Source of the DNA: Methanomicrobia archaeon
Lineage (GTDB): Archaea > Methanobacteriota_B > Thermococci > Methanofastidiosales > NM3
Assembly (NCBI GenBank): GCA_030603445.1
Contig: JAUVXU010000001.1
Coordinates: 43,924 to 107,923 of the forward strand
Direction of reading: 5' to 3'
DNA length: 64,000 bases
The notes beneath the pieces were generated by a model. It worked only from the letters and a program-made list of their open reading frames with translations. It was not told the origin of the DNA and ran no database searches. The first letter of the stretch is position 1. Every line of letters starts with the position of its first letter. Shown here one piece after another: positions 38,162 to 49,098 of this stretch. The position numbers and the translations under genes are program-made.

Positions 38162-39838
38162 ATGTCAGAGGATTTCGAGCGATTCAAGGGGAAGATATCT
38201 AAAGAGGATTTCGAGTGCAGAGTAGCTGAGAAGATAAAGGAATTTCAAGGACTACTGACCAAGGAAGGCGCAATATCTATTATAGCATCAGAGCTTGGAG
38301 TTGAACAAGCGCAACCAGCAGATATATCGATTAAAGTGAGCGACATTGTAGAAGGCATGACAAACATAGATATTGTTGGGCGCGTGACACGAATATCCTC
38401 TGTTAAAGAATTTATACGAAAGACAACAGGAGACACAGGAAAGGTTCTTAGTTTTGTATTGGCAGATGAAACTGATTCTATACGCGTTGTCTTGTGGGAT
38501 GATATTGCAGATAGCGCACGCATGTTTAGTGTTGGTGATGTGGTAAGGGTAACTGGCGGTTTCGCTAAGAAAGGTTTCAACGATTATTTGGAGATATCCC
38601 TCTCAAGGAGAGGAAAAGTGCGTGCATCCACAGCAGAGGTAGATATACCGGTGGTAAATTTTGAGCGTGTTGATATTGGCGATTTGTCGGAGGCCATGGC
38701 AAACATCATGTTGGTTGGGGTAGTTGCAGGAATCTCGGATGTTAAAGAACATGAGCGCAATGGCAGGACGTTTAAAGTATGTTCGATGTATCTTAAAGAT
38801 AACACAGGGCAAACACGCATTTCGTTGTGGAACAATCACGCGGAACTTACTAGAAATTTTTCTATTGGGGATATTATACAGCTAAAAGGTTGTTATACCA
38901 AGGCAGGATTCAATGGCATAGAGGTCCAAACAAATTCGTATACAGAGATCGAGACAAATCCTGTCATTGAGGGTCTTGCTCTACCGACAATAGATCATGA
39001 GCTGCAGCTGGCAGATATTACGTCAGACCACCAGTTCTTTACTGTCAGAGGAACAATAAAACAAGTTTTTGAAAAACGAACATTCGCACGTGATGATGGT
39101 ACCCAAAGTTCAGTAGGGACCATGGAGATACAAGACGAGTCAGGCACGTGTAAGGTAGCGCTGTGGGAGGATAAGGCAGATCTTGTCACATTACTGGCGC
39201 CAGGGACTTGCATCACGATAGAAGGATGCAAAGCACGCGAAGGCCTCGATGGAGTAGAAATTAGTGTTGGAAGATCCGGAAGGGTGGTGCCGCACCTGCC
39301 TGATACACTTGACGTAGGCTTGATGCCAGAAGGCTTGGCAAGGATAATCGAAATAAAGGATGGGACCATCAAGGCGATTAGCAAAGAATCTCAGTTCCTT
39401 ATAAAAACAGAGTCCCAGGACTTTAAGGCAGGAGACCTGATAATTTATAAGGGGCGCCTGGAAGGAGATATTGTAGTAGCAGATTCTGTACATGCAGCTT
39501 CAGACGACTATCCAACTATTGATGATCTTCTTTCGCCCCCATATAAATTTATAAAGGATATTCAATGCGACGAGGTCGTAAGGCTACAGGGCATAGTTCG
39601 TTCTGTGGCAAAGATCAAAGACCACACGCTACTTCATCTTGACGATGGAAGCGGGAACATCACAGGGTATATAAAAGACAATGGAGTTGCTGCAGGGAGT
39701 GAGTACTTTTTTGTTGCTAGGATATTCAATAATGGATTTGGGCCCGAATTTGTCTCACACACCAGTGGACCAGTAGATATGGAGAAGGAAGCATACCAGT
39801 TATTAGAACTTATAGGTGAGGAAGGTAAAGATGAGTGA
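38162..39838 (+). CDS. rpa: Replication protein A, long single-chain form with four tandem OB folds
   Basis: 558 aa with repeated OB modules (…VLWDD…, …ISLWNN…, …VALWED…). Its end overlaps the radA start by 23 nt. Confidence 0.85.
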   Translation: MSEDFERFKGKISKEDFECRVAEKIKEFQGLLTKEGAISIIASELGVEQAQPADISIKVSDIVEGMTNIDIVGRVTRISSVKEFIRKTTGDTGKVLSFVLADETDSIRVVLWDDIADSARMFSVGDVVRVTGGFAKKGFNDYLEISLSRRGKVRASTAEVDIPVVNFERVDIGDLSEAMANIMLVGVVAGISDVKEHERNGRTFKVCSMYLKDNTGQTRISLWNNHAELTRNFSIGDIIQLKGCYTKAGFNGIEVQTNSYTEIETNPVIEGLALPTIDHELQLADITSDHQFFTVRGTIKQVFEKRTFARDDGTQSSVGTMEIQDESGTCKVALWEDKADLVTLLAPGTCITIEGCKAREGLDGVEISVGRSGRVVPHLPDTLDVGLMPEGLARIIEIKDGTIKAISKESQFLIKTESQDFKAGDLIIYKGRLEGDIVVADSVHAASDDYPTIDDLLSPPYKFIKDIQCDEVVRLQGIVRSVAKIKDHTLLHLDDGSGNITGYIKDNGVAAGSEYFFVARIFNNGFGPEFVSHTSGPVDMEKEAYQLLELIGEEGKDE

Positions 39839-40781
39839 TATTATAAAAGAGATTGAGGACCTGCCTGGAGTAGGACCTATAACAGCCGAAAAGTTACGGG
39901 GCGGAGGATTTTCAACTTTGGAGGCTATAGCAGTGTCATCTCCCCTTGAGCTTCATGAGATAGCCGATATAACGGAAGCCACTGCAGCAAAAGTGATTTT
40001 GGCAGCACGAAATGCTGCAGATGTAGGGGGATTTATCTCTGGTGAGGAATTATATGAGCGAAGACAGACCATAGGCCGGATAACCTCTGGCAGCAGTCGC
40101 CTCGATGAGCTTATTGGCGGGGGTTTTGAGACACAGGCCATAATAGAGGCTTTTGGTGAGTTTGGAAGTGGCAAATCTCAAATTGCGCACCAGCTTATAG
40201 CGGCCGTACAGCTGCCAATTGAGAAGGGTGGGCTTGATTCGGGCGCTGTTTATATAGATACTGAAAACACATTTCGCCCAGAGCGCACAATGTCTATAGC
40301 AAAACATTTGGGCCAGGACCCACATGAGGCGTTACGAAATATTCATGTTGCCCGAGCCTTCAATTCAAGCCACCAGATACTCCTTGCAGAGCGTGCTGAG
40401 GAAATCTTCGAGAAAGGAGACGCGCGGCTACTTGTAGTTGACTCTCTAACAGCGATGTTTAGAGCAGAGTATATTGGGCGGGGCACGCTTGCCGAAAGGC
40501 AACAAAAATTAGGGATGCATCTACGCCAACTACACAAGATTGCAAATGTATATGATGCATGCGTTTATGTTACAAACCAGGTTTCAGCAAAACCAGATGC
40601 TTTCTTTGGGGATCCAACACGCCCTATTGGCGGCCATGTTCTTGGACATTCTGCAACACTTAGGCTTTATTTAAGAAAAAGTAAGCAAGGGCAGCGCATA
40701 GCAAGACTTGTAGACTCCCCGTCACTACCCGAGGGTGAGGCACTCTTCATGCTTACCGAAAACGGCATTGAGGATAAGTAG
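39816..40781 (+). CDS. radA: DNA repair and recombination protein RadA
   Basis: An N-terminal HhH region ([12 protein letters not shown]), Walker [10 protein letters not shown], and Walker [10 protein letters not shown] are present. The true start may be MSDII at 39831. Confidence 0.95.
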   Translation: MRKVKMSDIIKEIEDLPGVGPITAEKLRGGGFSTLEAIAVSSPLELHEIADITEATAAKVILAARNAADVGGFISGEELYERRQTIGRITSGSSRLDELIGGGFETQAIIEAFGEFGSGKSQIAHQLIAAVQLPIEKGGLDSGAVYIDTENTFRPERTMSIAKHLGQDPHEALRNIHVARAFNSSHQILLAERAEEIFEKGDARLLVVDSLTAMFRAEYIGRGTLAERQQKLGMHLRQLHKIANVYDACVYVTNQVSAKPDAFFGDPTRPIGGHVLGHSATLRLYLRKSKQGQRIARLVDSPSLPEGEALFMLTENGIEDK

Positions 40782-40933
40782 AGCCCGGAAAATTGAGGGA
40801 ATATATTTGGCACTGATATTATCGGTGCAAAGAACCATGGGCTTAAGGTAGTACTTACCATGACAGGAGTAGCAAGGCCACAAGACTTTGTAAGTAGTCA
40901 AGTCTTTGAATAATATATTCTTGGGCGATCCAT

Positions 40934-41581
40934 ATGATAGGCATTGATGAGGCAGGGCGTGGAGCGGTATTGGGTCCACTAGTTGTTGGGGCCGTCCAGG
41001 TAGCGGATGAACAACTGTTTTTAGATATGGGAGTTAGGGACTCAAAACAGCTTTCAAGAAAGAGGCGCGTAATTATCGATACGAAGATACGTGCTTGCTC
41101 GAAAGTTTCATTAACAAGCGTAAGCGCAAAGGAAATCGATACCTTCAGGCAACAAGTATCGCTAAACATTATAGAGGAGCGCCTATTCATTCAAGCATTA
41201 ACTAGGCTTCCATGCAAAGGAGAGGTCGTATATATAGATAGCTTTGATACTGTGGAGGGAAGGATAGGAGACAAAGTGTCATCTAAAGTCGGAGGCGTAA
41301 CCGTCTTTTCCAAACACAAGGCAGACGAGAATTATCCTTGCGTTGCAGCAGCATCAATAGTTGCAAAAGTGGCCCGGGATGCGGCTATAACAAATATTGA
41401 TGAATTGGCAGTGAGAACATGGGGGTTGCATATAGGGAGCGGTTATCCAAGCGACCCGACAACATGTGCATTTTTGAGGCATATCGCAGATAAGGGGGAA
41501 AAGTTTCCGGGCTTTGTAAGACAGTCATGGAAAACTGTGCAGCGCTTGTCACAACTAACGCTTGATGCCTACAACAAATGA
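40934..41581 (+). CDS. rnhB: Ribonuclease HII
   Basis: The catalytic motif is GIDEAGRGAVLGPLVV. Confidence 0.95.
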   Translation: MIGIDEAGRGAVLGPLVVGAVQVADEQLFLDMGVRDSKQLSRKRRVIIDTKIRACSKVSLTSVSAKEIDTFRQQVSLNIIEERLFIQALTRLPCKGEVVYIDSFDTVEGRIGDKVSSKVGGVTVFSKHKADENYPCVAAASIVAKVARDAAITNIDELAVRTWGLHIGSGYPSDPTTCAFLRHIADKGEKFPGFVRQSWKTVQRLSQLTLDAYNK

Positions 41582-42205
41582 ATGGTCCTTCTCATATTGC
41601 CCTATGTCTATTATCTCAACAATATCCACTGCCTGGCTTAGTGTTTCTATTTCTTTTTTGAACATCTCATTAGGGTCTTTTGTCACATCTATGCTGCGTG
41701 CCTTTATGCAAAGCATAATATGGCCGCCTTTCTTTAGGAAAGGGAGATTTCGCAACACTATCTCTGCCTGTTCAACCTGAGCAATGTCTTGGTATATGAC
41801 ATCGACCGTTTCTAATAAGGGGGCATATTCAATAGGTTGTTTCGCATCTGCGAGAATTGGCACTAGGTTGTTTCGCATCTTGGCGTTGCCAATGAAGTCA
41901 CGCATAGAGCGGGGTGAAAATTCTACACAGTATATCATCCCTTCTGAAACAATATCTGAAATATGGGACACTGTGGTGCCTGTTGCAGACCCCAAGTATA
42001 ATACTTTGGATGAGGGTGTAAATGGAATTATTGTTAGCCCAAGCATGAGGGCAGAGGCGAGCTTTGATCGATTTGGATTCCATGCTCTGTATTCTTCCTC
42101 ATTATAGGTAACTAATTTTTCGCCGTAGACGCGAATACCAGGAACAAGATTTTTTGTCAGGAATCCTATGTCGTCATAATATACGTTGCTAAACTTCTCT
42201 TTCAT
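41555..42205 (-). CDS. flpA: Fibrillarin (C/D box sRNP 2'-O-methyltransferase)
   Basis: SAM-binding VLYLGSATGTTVSHISD with archaeal fibrillarin collinearity. It overlaps nop5 by 4 nt. Confidence 0.95.
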   Translation of the reverse strand: MKEKFSNVYYDDIGFLTKNLVPGIRVYGEKLVTYNEEEYRAWNPNRSKLASALMLGLTIIPFTPSSKVLYLGSATGTTVSHISDIVSEGMIYCVEFSPRSMRDFIGNAKMRNNLVPILADAKQPIEYAPLLETVDVIYQDIAQVEQAEIVLRNLPFLKKGGHIMLCIKARSIDVTKDPNEMFKKEIETLSQAVDIVEIIDIGQYEKDHSFVVGIKR

Positions 42206-43314
42206 AGTTTTCTCCCTCTTCCCTTGTTCTTTTTCCTTGGAGGGTATTGATTCTTTTTCCTGATTTCATTAACTCGTGCTTCTAGTTTATCAATAAGACC
42301 CTGAGCCATCATCTCCCCAGAAAAATAGTCTATTCTCGCAGCTATGGAAAGCTCAGCTGCCATCGTACGCGCTATTTTCCCCCGTTGCCAGTATTTTGCA
42401 TTGTGCACTAACGGATGTTGGAATATGATGCCGTGCTTTGGTGGCTTTGCCCCTGTTTTAAGATGCCTGAAAAGAGCCTTTTCTGCACCAAGCATCTGCA
42501 TGGTAGAAGCTGGTTTTTTGGATAGATTCTTTAGTCCGCCTGCAAGCGCTATCAAGCGTGCAGTTATGAGCGGCCCCACAAGGGCGGTCATGTTCGGTGC
42601 CACAGCACTGACACCTTCTTCAATATAAGATGTATAGGACTCACGTATTTTTCCAAGATCTACTACTTGTTTTGCAAGGCATTGTATGATATGCATATCT
42701 TTCCCAGAGATTTGCACCCCCATGCTAGTTTTTGCAGCAGCAGATATCCTATCATCTTTGAAGTCATCTCTCCATCCAATTTGTGCAATCATTGTACAGT
42801 ACTGCACGTTGTCGCCAACAAGTTTTTCAAGTTCTGGAAAGTGAAGTCCATACCATTCGTTTAATCGTTCTGTGAAAAGATTGATGGTCTGATCTAATTC
42901 GTCAATGGCATTAATTGCTTGAGATATGGAAAGGTCTTTGGAGGATGCTGCAACCTTAAGTTGCTTTTCAACAAGCAGAAATGATACTTCGCGACGAAGC
43001 AGGCTCAACTCTTCTGAGCTAGTTTGGGTGTAAGCCATTATCTGGCTTTCTATCATGGAATAGTATGTTGTCCTTTCCTCAAGCGGCAGCTGCCTACAAG
43101 AAAGATGGTCCGCGATCGTTGGGTCGTCACATAGATTTATGTCCAGTTCTTCTAGCGTTTGTAAATCTGAGGGAAAAATGCCTTGCCTCAACGACAATAA
43201 CATCTCTGCTATGGTTGTAGCATTTTTCTCAAAAGGGATTACCTTTTCTACGGCCGCCTCGAAGTTAAGCAGAGCAAAACCCATGAGCGAAGTTATAAGT
43301 ATCATTCGAATCAC
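42202..43314 (-). CDS. nop5: Nop5/Nop56 C/D box sRNP protein
   Basis: It has a Nop domain (…ALVGPLITARLIALAGGLKNLSKKPASTMQMLGAEKALFRHL…) and a C-terminal KKN-rich tail. It is co-transcribed with fibrillarin. Confidence 0.9.
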   Translation of the reverse strand: MIRMILITSLMGFALLNFEAAVEKVIPFEKNATTIAEMLLSLRQGIFPSDLQTLEELDINLCDDPTIADHLSCRQLPLEERTTYYSMIESQIMAYTQTSSEELSLLRREVSFLLVEKQLKVAASSKDLSISQAINAIDELDQTINLFTERLNEWYGLHFPELEKLVGDNVQYCTMIAQIGWRDDFKDDRISAAAKTSMGVQISGKDMHIIQCLAKQVVDLGKIRESYTSYIEEGVSAVAPNMTALVGPLITARLIALAGGLKNLSKKPASTMQMLGAEKALFRHLKTGAKPPKHGIIFQHPLVHNAKYWQRGKIARTMAAELSIAARIDYFSGEMMAQGLIDKLEARVNEIRKKNQYPPRKKNKGRGRKL

Positions 43315-43402
43315 ATTATAGTTACAAAAAACTATTTAAATAGCTATTGTTTTTGAAAAGACTTATAAAGCTATATTTATTAACTACTAAATAAGAGGGA
43401 TC

Positions 43403-44149
43403 TTGTTGTCAAAACTTTCAATCTCACAAATATATTCATTATCTGGAAGCGTATATAAGGAGAATTTCTTCAAGCTACTTTTACCAGCCATTATACCGAC
43501 AATACTGCTCATTGGAGTTTCCCTTATATTTTATTTAACAACTCTCCCTACGCTTATGATCGATGATATATCCCAATACTATTCTTTTTCCACGTATCAG
43601 GCCTTGGAGAGGATACTTGGGACGTGGTATGATATATTTTTTGCATCACTCATAATATATGGAATTATGATGCTGTATTCTATATCTTCAATCACGGGTG
43701 TTATTAGCGATGGGCTTGCATCCGGGTCGTTGTCGTTGGATAAAGGGGCCCGCAAAGGCAGACGAGGGTTTTTAAATTCTGTGATACCTTTGTCAGTATT
43801 TGTTGTATTGGCATATTTTTTATTGATTAATTATGGCCGTTATTCTTTTGTAATAATATTTATTATCGCCTATTTTCTGAATTATGTGATATCTTCAAGT
43901 GTAGTTGATGGTGCGATATTTGGGAAAAATATTGCAATGAGCATATCAAAGGTTGTTAGGGCGCCAATATTCTCTATGGTGGTGTTTACAGTGCCTTTGG
44001 CGTTGATATTATTTGTAGGAGGCGTGGCTTTTATGACGTCGTTATTATACGCCCCATCACTTATTTTTGTCATCACGCCATTTGTTATAATGTTTCTTAT
44101 ACCTTATGCGGCTATCGTAAATGCGGTTGCTTATCTCTCACTTAAATAG
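43403..44149 (+). CDS. Hypothetical polytopic membrane protein (about 6 TM helices)
   Basis: The hydrophobic profile supports about six helices. Its stop abuts the Elp3 start with a 1-nt gap. Confidence 0.5.
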   Translation: MLSKLSISQIYSLSGSVYKENFFKLLLPAIIPTILLIGVSLIFYLTTLPTLMIDDISQYYSFSTYQALERILGTWYDIFFASLIIYGIMMLYSISSITGVISDGLASGSLSLDKGARKGRRGFLNSVIPLSVFVVLAYFLLINYGRYSFVIIFIIAYFLNYVISSSVVDGAIFGKNIAMSISKVVRAPIFSMVVFTVPLALILFVGGVAFMTSLLYAPSLIFVITPFVIMFLIPYAAIVNAVAYLSLK

Positions 44150-45829
44150 TTGAGCGCGATGGATCAAGAAAACGAAGCACTACAAGAAATTTGTAGGAAA
44201 ATAGACGATGGAACAATTAAAAATAGAAAAGACCTCTCTAGTGCAAAGCGCATGGTAGCGATAAAGTATAAGCTGAAAAGAATTGTTAAGAATTCTGATA
44301 TTATTTTCTTTTATGGCAAGTCTGTAGATTTTCTCCAGCGAAAACCCACGCGCACAATGTCCGGTGTTGCAATTGTTGCAGTCATGGCGCGCCCAGCTAA
44401 TTGTCCTCATGGCAAATGCACTTTTTGTCCCGGGGGTCCAGAAAACGATAGCCCGCAATCATACACGGGGCATGAACCAGCAGCTATGAGGGCTATACAG
44501 AATAAATACCATCCATTCTTACAAACATACAAGCGAATAGAGCAGTTAAGGGCAATTGGTCATCCGACCGACAAGATAGAGCTTATAATCATGGGAGGAA
44601 CATTCCCCTCACAAGACTTGGATTACCAGGAGTACTTTGTACGTGAATGCCTTTCTGCCATGAACTTCTATAGCTCCGACGTATTAGCATCATCTATTGA
44701 GAATTGTCTTTTCTTCCCTTCAACAGATGTCTCTTTAAAGGAGGCACGATTGCTGCTCTCAAAGCGCCCGCTACTGTTAGAAAAAGCCCAGAAGCTAAAT
44801 GAAAAAGCACAAAATCGCTGTGTGGGCATGACCTTTGAAACACGTCCGGATTGGGCATTCGAACCACAGATAAAGCGCATGCTAGCTTATGGGGGAACAA
44901 GGGTGGAGCTTGGTGTTCAGACGGTATACGACTTCATATATTCAAAAATAAAAAGAGGGCACACCACGCGTGATACAAAACATGCAACAGCTCTTCTTAA
45001 AGATCAGGGATTTAAGATAAACTATCATATGATGCCTGGGCTCCCTGGATCAAATCAGGGGCGTGACTTACGTATGTTTGAACGTATTTTCACAGATCCA
45101 GATTATTGTCCTGATATGGTAAAGATTTATACCTGTCTTGTGATGGAAAGAACACCACTTCATGACAAGTATCTTGCAGGGGAATTTGTTCCATATACAA
45201 CAGAACAGACCGTTGATTTTATTATAAAGGCAAAATTGTCAATGCCACCATGGGTGCGTACTATGCGTATTCAGCGTGATATACCAACAACACTAGTTGC
45301 TGCCGGGGGCGATAAATCAAACATAGGGCAGATTGTGGAAGAAGAGATGAAGCGTAGGCATATCTCATGCAAATGCATACGTTGCAGGGAGATGGGACTT
45401 AAGGTATACAAAGAAGGCATCATACCACGGGAACAGGACATAAAGTTAGTGAAGCGAAAGTATAATGCTTCAGGTGGCAAGGAAATATTTTTGAGCTATG
45501 AGGATACCAAAAACGATGCCATCATAGGATTTTTACGTATGAGGATCCCTGGAGGGAACGTCTTTAAGAAAGAGATCACAGATGCCACCGCCCTTGTAAG
45601 GGAGCTGCATGTTTATGGGCCACTGACACCAATAGGGGACACAAAAAAAACATGGTGGCAGCACAAAGGATATGGGAACAAGCTATTGAAAGCTGCAGAG
45701 GACATGGCACGTGAAAAGTATGATAAGGATAAGATGGTCATTATATCGGGCATAGGGGTGCGCGAGTACTATAGGCGATTTGGTTATAAAAAAGATGGGC
45801 CGTACGTATCAAAGAACTTAAAATTATAA
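44150..45829 (+). CDS. elp3: Elp3-family radical SAM / GNAT tRNA-modification enzyme
   Basis: A Cys cluster (ANCPHGKCTFCPGG) is followed by the radical-SAM core and a C-terminal GNAT (…GYGNKLL…). Confidence 0.9.
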   Translation: MSAMDQENEALQEICRKIDDGTIKNRKDLSSAKRMVAIKYKLKRIVKNSDIIFFYGKSVDFLQRKPTRTMSGVAIVAVMARPANCPHGKCTFCPGGPENDSPQSYTGHEPAAMRAIQNKYHPFLQTYKRIEQLRAIGHPTDKIELIIMGGTFPSQDLDYQEYFVRECLSAMNFYSSDVLASSIENCLFFPSTDVSLKEARLLLSKRPLLLEKAQKLNEKAQNRCVGMTFETRPDWAFEPQIKRMLAYGGTRVELGVQTVYDFIYSKIKRGHTTRDTKHATALLKDQGFKINYHMMPGLPGSNQGRDLRMFERIFTDPDYCPDMVKIYTCLVMERTPLHDKYLAGEFVPYTTEQTVDFIIKAKLSMPPWVRTMRIQRDIPTTLVAAGGDKSNIGQIVEEEMKRRHISCKCIRCREMGLKVYKEGIIPREQDIKLVKRKYNASGGKEIFLSYEDTKNDAIIGFLRMRIPGGNVFKKEITDATALVRELHVYGPLTPIGDTKKTWWQHKGYGNKLLKAAEDMAREKYDKDKMVIISGIGVREYYRRFGYKKDGPYVSKNLKL

Positions 45830-45898
45830 CTTCAATAAGAATTGAACCTTATCAAAAACAATATATATCACTAAAGTAACATTATTTATAGTGATTAT

Positions 45899-46729
45899 AT
45901 GATAAAATTAAAACGTACATATATTGGAATAGCTTTTTTAGTTTTAATGATTTCAGCTGTGGGTGCAGCATCTTTCTGGCCTTCAGAAAATGGTAATGAT
46001 AATGATATACATTATATGGACGAGCCCTCTGGTGGATATGATAATTTTGAAGGGACAAAAGAATTCACGCAAACCCCCACAAGCGTTACTGACAGAAAAG
46101 TGATACGTTCTGGATATTTTGTAATTGAAGTAGAAAACTTCGATAGCTCATATGCGGCCGTCTTTGCAGTAGCACAAGGCACTGGCGGATGGATAGAAAG
46201 CTCCAACGTATATAAAGATAAAGACGGAAGGAGAATAGGTTACATCACATTAAGGGTGCCTAGCGATAATTTTGATGCCGTATTCAATGAGATAAAACAG
46301 TATGGTGACGTAAAGAGTGAACAGACTTCAAATATGGATGTTACAGAGGAATTCATTGATCTAAGCGCACGACTAGACGTTCTTTATGCCCAGGAAGTAA
46401 GATATATGGAACTATTGGGAAAGGCAGAGACCGTTGAGGATATCCTAAGCATAGAAGTGCAGCTTGAGCGCATCAGGTCAAACATAGAATCGCTTGAGGG
46501 AAGAATAACATACCTTTCAAGCCAGATAGACATGGCCCGCATAAATGTAACATTACAAGAACCTGAAAAAGGAGAGGAGTTTCCCCTCGTCAGTGCATTT
46601 AAAAGAGCCGCAAGCGCGTTTGTTGATGCATTTGTTTGGATAATTATCCTTATCGGATATGCTATACCAATAGCAATAGTCGGAACATTAGGTTATTTTG
46701 GAGTAAAAAGGATTAGAAGGAAGAAATAG
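45899..46729 (+). CDS. DUF4349-family secreted/membrane-anchored protein
   Basis: It has a signal peptide, a coiled-coil middle region, and a C-terminal TM. The segment YFVIEVENFDSSYAAV…GYITLRVPSDNFDAV is typical of DUF4349. Confidence 0.6.
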   Translation: MIKLKRTYIGIAFLVLMISAVGAASFWPSENGNDNDIHYMDEPSGGYDNFEGTKEFTQTPTSVTDRKVIRSGYFVIEVENFDSSYAAVFAVAQGTGGWIESSNVYKDKDGRRIGYITLRVPSDNFDAVFNEIKQYGDVKSEQTSNMDVTEEFIDLSARLDVLYAQEVRYMELLGKAETVEDILSIEVQLERIRSNIESLEGRITYLSSQIDMARINVTLQEPEKGEEFPLVSAFKRAASAFVDAFVWIIILIGYAIPIAIVGTLGYFGVKRIRRKK

Positions 46730-47033
46730 TATTCTCAATCTTTTTCTCTATTTTTTTATATTTTTCTAAAAGGTCTTTTCCTTTTTGGGATAATAAGGAG
46801 CTTCCCCCGCCTGTGCCCCCACGAGTCTTTTCAACTATGGTTGCGCCAAAATGAGCTTCCATTTTTCTTATTTTTTTCCATGCATGCGCATAGGAAATCT
46901 CGCTCTTCTTGGCCGCTTCTGAAAGGGATCCCGTATTTTCTATATTTTCAAGTAGTTTGCACATGCCCTCTCCAATTACAAAGGTCCCATCCTCGTTTTC
47001 TAGCCATAATTTAAATTTTGGGCGTATTTCCAT
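46713..47033 (-). CDS. ModE-N-terminal-like winged-helix regulator (molybdate-type HTH without TOBE domains)
   Basis: The translation reads …FVIGEGMCKLLENIENTGSLSEAAKKSEISYAHAWKKIRKMEAHFGATIVEKTRGGTGGGSSLLSQKGKDLL, which matches the ModE N-domain pattern. Confidence 0.55.
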   Translation of the reverse strand: MEIRPKFKLWLENEDGTFVIGEGMCKLLENIENTGSLSEAAKKSEISYAHAWKKIRKMEAHFGATIVEKTRGGTGGGSSLLSQKGKDLLEKYKKIEKKIENTISSF

Positions 47034-47092
47034 AAGTTACGTTTGCAGTGCATTTATAAAATTCTTTTGCAAAGATTTTTGCTGCATTATTT

Positions 47093-48106
47093 TTAATACT
47101 CATAGGTATCTGCTTCTTCTATTATTGCAACTAGTAGATCTATAAGGGATTTGATATCATTGATATCAATTATCTCATTGCCAGTATGCATGTACCTTAA
47201 TGGAATGAGAAGTGCAACAGTTGGTATACCGCCGTTTGCAGTATGTATTGGGGACGCATCCGTTCCACCTTTTGAGATGTCATATTGTAGAGTGATTTTA
47301 TGGGATTTTGCAATACCTTCTATAAATTCGCGCATTTTAGGTGAAAGAATATACTTATCATCTTTTAGAGTCATTGCAGGCCCGCCGCCAAGCACGGTGT
47401 TAATATCCCTTGCTTCTTTTTTTTGCGGAGTGTCATAAGCGAAGGTGACATCAACTGCAATGGCAATATCTGGCTTTTGCATTTGTGCTGCTACCTTTGC
47501 TCCCCTGGTGCCTACTTCCTCTTGGCTGGATGCGACCGCTATTAGTGTTCCAGGAAAAGATATCACTTTCTGGAATGCTTCAAGCATTGCACAAAGCCCT
47601 GCCCTGTTGTCAAATGATTTAGACACGTAACGAGATCCAAGCAGCTTTTCAAAAGAGGGCATCCTCGTTATTGGGCTCCCTATTTTTATATTAAGGTCTT
47701 CGAGATCCTCTTTGTTCTTTGCCCCAACGTCTATGTAAAGGTCCTTTAATTCTAGTTTTTCGTTTTTTGGAATGTCCCTTATTTGTATTATTCCAGTAAC
47801 AGATGGGCCAATGTGCACCCTTGAACCTAAGAGCTCGCTTGGGGATTGATGTCCTATGCTATCAAAGAAGATGAATCCTTTTTCATCAATATAGCGCACC
47901 ATTCCGCCAACTTCGTCCATGTGGGCACTAATTAGCATTGTAGGGCCGGGACGAGTTCCTTTCTTTGTCATCATAACGTTTCCTATAGAATCGCTTTCTA
48001 TGGAATCTGCCACGCCTTTCATCTCTTTTTTTATTAAGGATGCCACATTAGACTCATTACCTGAAACACCCTTTGCATTACATAATTTTCTTAATAGTTG
48101 TTCCAT
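47093..48106 (-). CDS. M42-family (TET/FrvX) aminopeptidase, paralog 1
   Basis: The M42 metal-ligand context is present (…SAHMDEVGGMV…, EEVGTRGA). The start is trimmed to MEQLLRKL, giving a TAATG overlap with the upstream stop. Confidence 0.85.
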   Translation of the reverse strand: MEQLLRKLCNAKGVSGNESNVASLIKKEMKGVADSIESDSIGNVMMTKKGTRPGPTMLISAHMDEVGGMVRYIDEKGFIFFDSIGHQSPSELLGSRVHIGPSVTGIIQIRDIPKNEKLELKDLYIDVGAKNKEDLEDLNIKIGSPITRMPSFEKLLGSRYVSKSFDNRAGLCAMLEAFQKVISFPGTLIAVASSQEEVGTRGAKVAAQMQKPDIAIAVDVTFAYDTPQKKEARDINTVLGGGPAMTLKDDKYILSPKMREFIEGIAKSHKITLQYDISKGGTDASPIHTANGGIPTVALLIPLRYMHTGNEIIDINDIKSLIDLLVAIIEEADTYEY

Positions 48107-49098
48107 TATATCCCCTCCACTAGACGCAATGATGCTGCCATTATAAGTTTTGAAGTGTAATTTATGTCTTTTTTGCTTGCTACAGCGCATGGCGAATGAA
48201 TATACCTGCAAGCTGTTGCGATAACGCCGCTTGGAGTGCCGTTTTCAAGATGAAAGGCACCGGCATCAGTACCGCCGGCAAAAGGTTTTTTGTATTGGTA
48301 GGGAATATCGTTTTCATATGCAGCAGCTTCAATGGATTCACGTAACAGTTTGTCAGCTATAAGAGTATTATCGGAGATTGTTATAGCAGGGCCGTTTCCC
48401 ATAACAGGCATACGTTCTTCCTTGGCCAACCCTGGAAAATCCAAAGCAAAGGTTCCCTCACACGCAATTGCATAGTCACAATTTACTTTTGTTCGTGCAA
48501 CCATGGCACCTCTTGTCCCTATTTCTTCTTGAACAGTAAAGATGCAGGTAATAGGAATTCCAAGCTGTGCTTTTAACATTTCTATAAGACATACGCACCC
48601 TATGCGGTCATCAAAGGCTTTTCCCATATATATATCGCCCTGCGACCTGAACGATGTTTCGAATGTTATCATATCACCTATTTGAACGTCTTCTGGGCCG
48701 ATATCGCCACAATCTATGCGCAGCTCGCTCTTTTTTACTGGAGAATCTTTCTTTTCCTTTGATTGTAGATGTAAAGGAGGGAACCCCACCACCCCAGACA
48801 AGCGTTTTTCTCCAATAGATACTACAGCCCCAGGAAGAAGATCATCCCTTATACCGCCGACCGTATCGAAGTCTATTATTCCATTTTCTTCAATGGCCGT
48901 TGCCATCATACCCACCTCGTCCATGTGGGCAAGGAGGCATATGGATGGGCCACTTCCTGATTGTGTGGCATAGAGATTTCCCATGGCGTCGGTACGCATT
49001 TTGTCACAGTAATCCAATATATTGTCTTTTATTATGGAGCGCACATCGTTTTCGTATCCTGCTATGCCGCGGGCATTGGAAAGTTCTTTTAGTAGCAA
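48106..49098 (-). CDS. M42-family (TET/FrvX) aminopeptidase, paralog 2
   Basis: …LAHMDEVGMMA…, QEEIGTRGA. Confidence 0.85.
   Translation of the reverse strand: MLLKELSNARGIAGYENDVRSIIKDNILDYCDKMRTDAMGNLYATQSGSGPSICLLAHMDEVGMMATAIEENGIIDFDTVGGIRDDLLPGAVVSIGEKRLSGVVGFPPLHLQSKEKKDSPVKKSELRIDCGDIGPEDVQIGDMITFETSFRSQGDIYMGKAFDDRIGCVCLIEMLKAQLGIPITCIFTVQEEIGTRGAMVARTKVNCDYAIACEGTFALDFPGLAKEERMPVMGNGPAITISDNTLIADKLLRESIEAAAYENDIPYQYKKPFAGGTDAGAFHLENGTPSGVIATACRYIHSPCAVASKKDINYTSKLIMAASLRLVEGI

Noticed and set aside
40782-40933. Possible small RNA between radA and rnhB
   Set aside because: The spacer is 150 nt with moderate GC, but no convincing C/D or H/ACA motifs or stable hairpin could be identified by eye.
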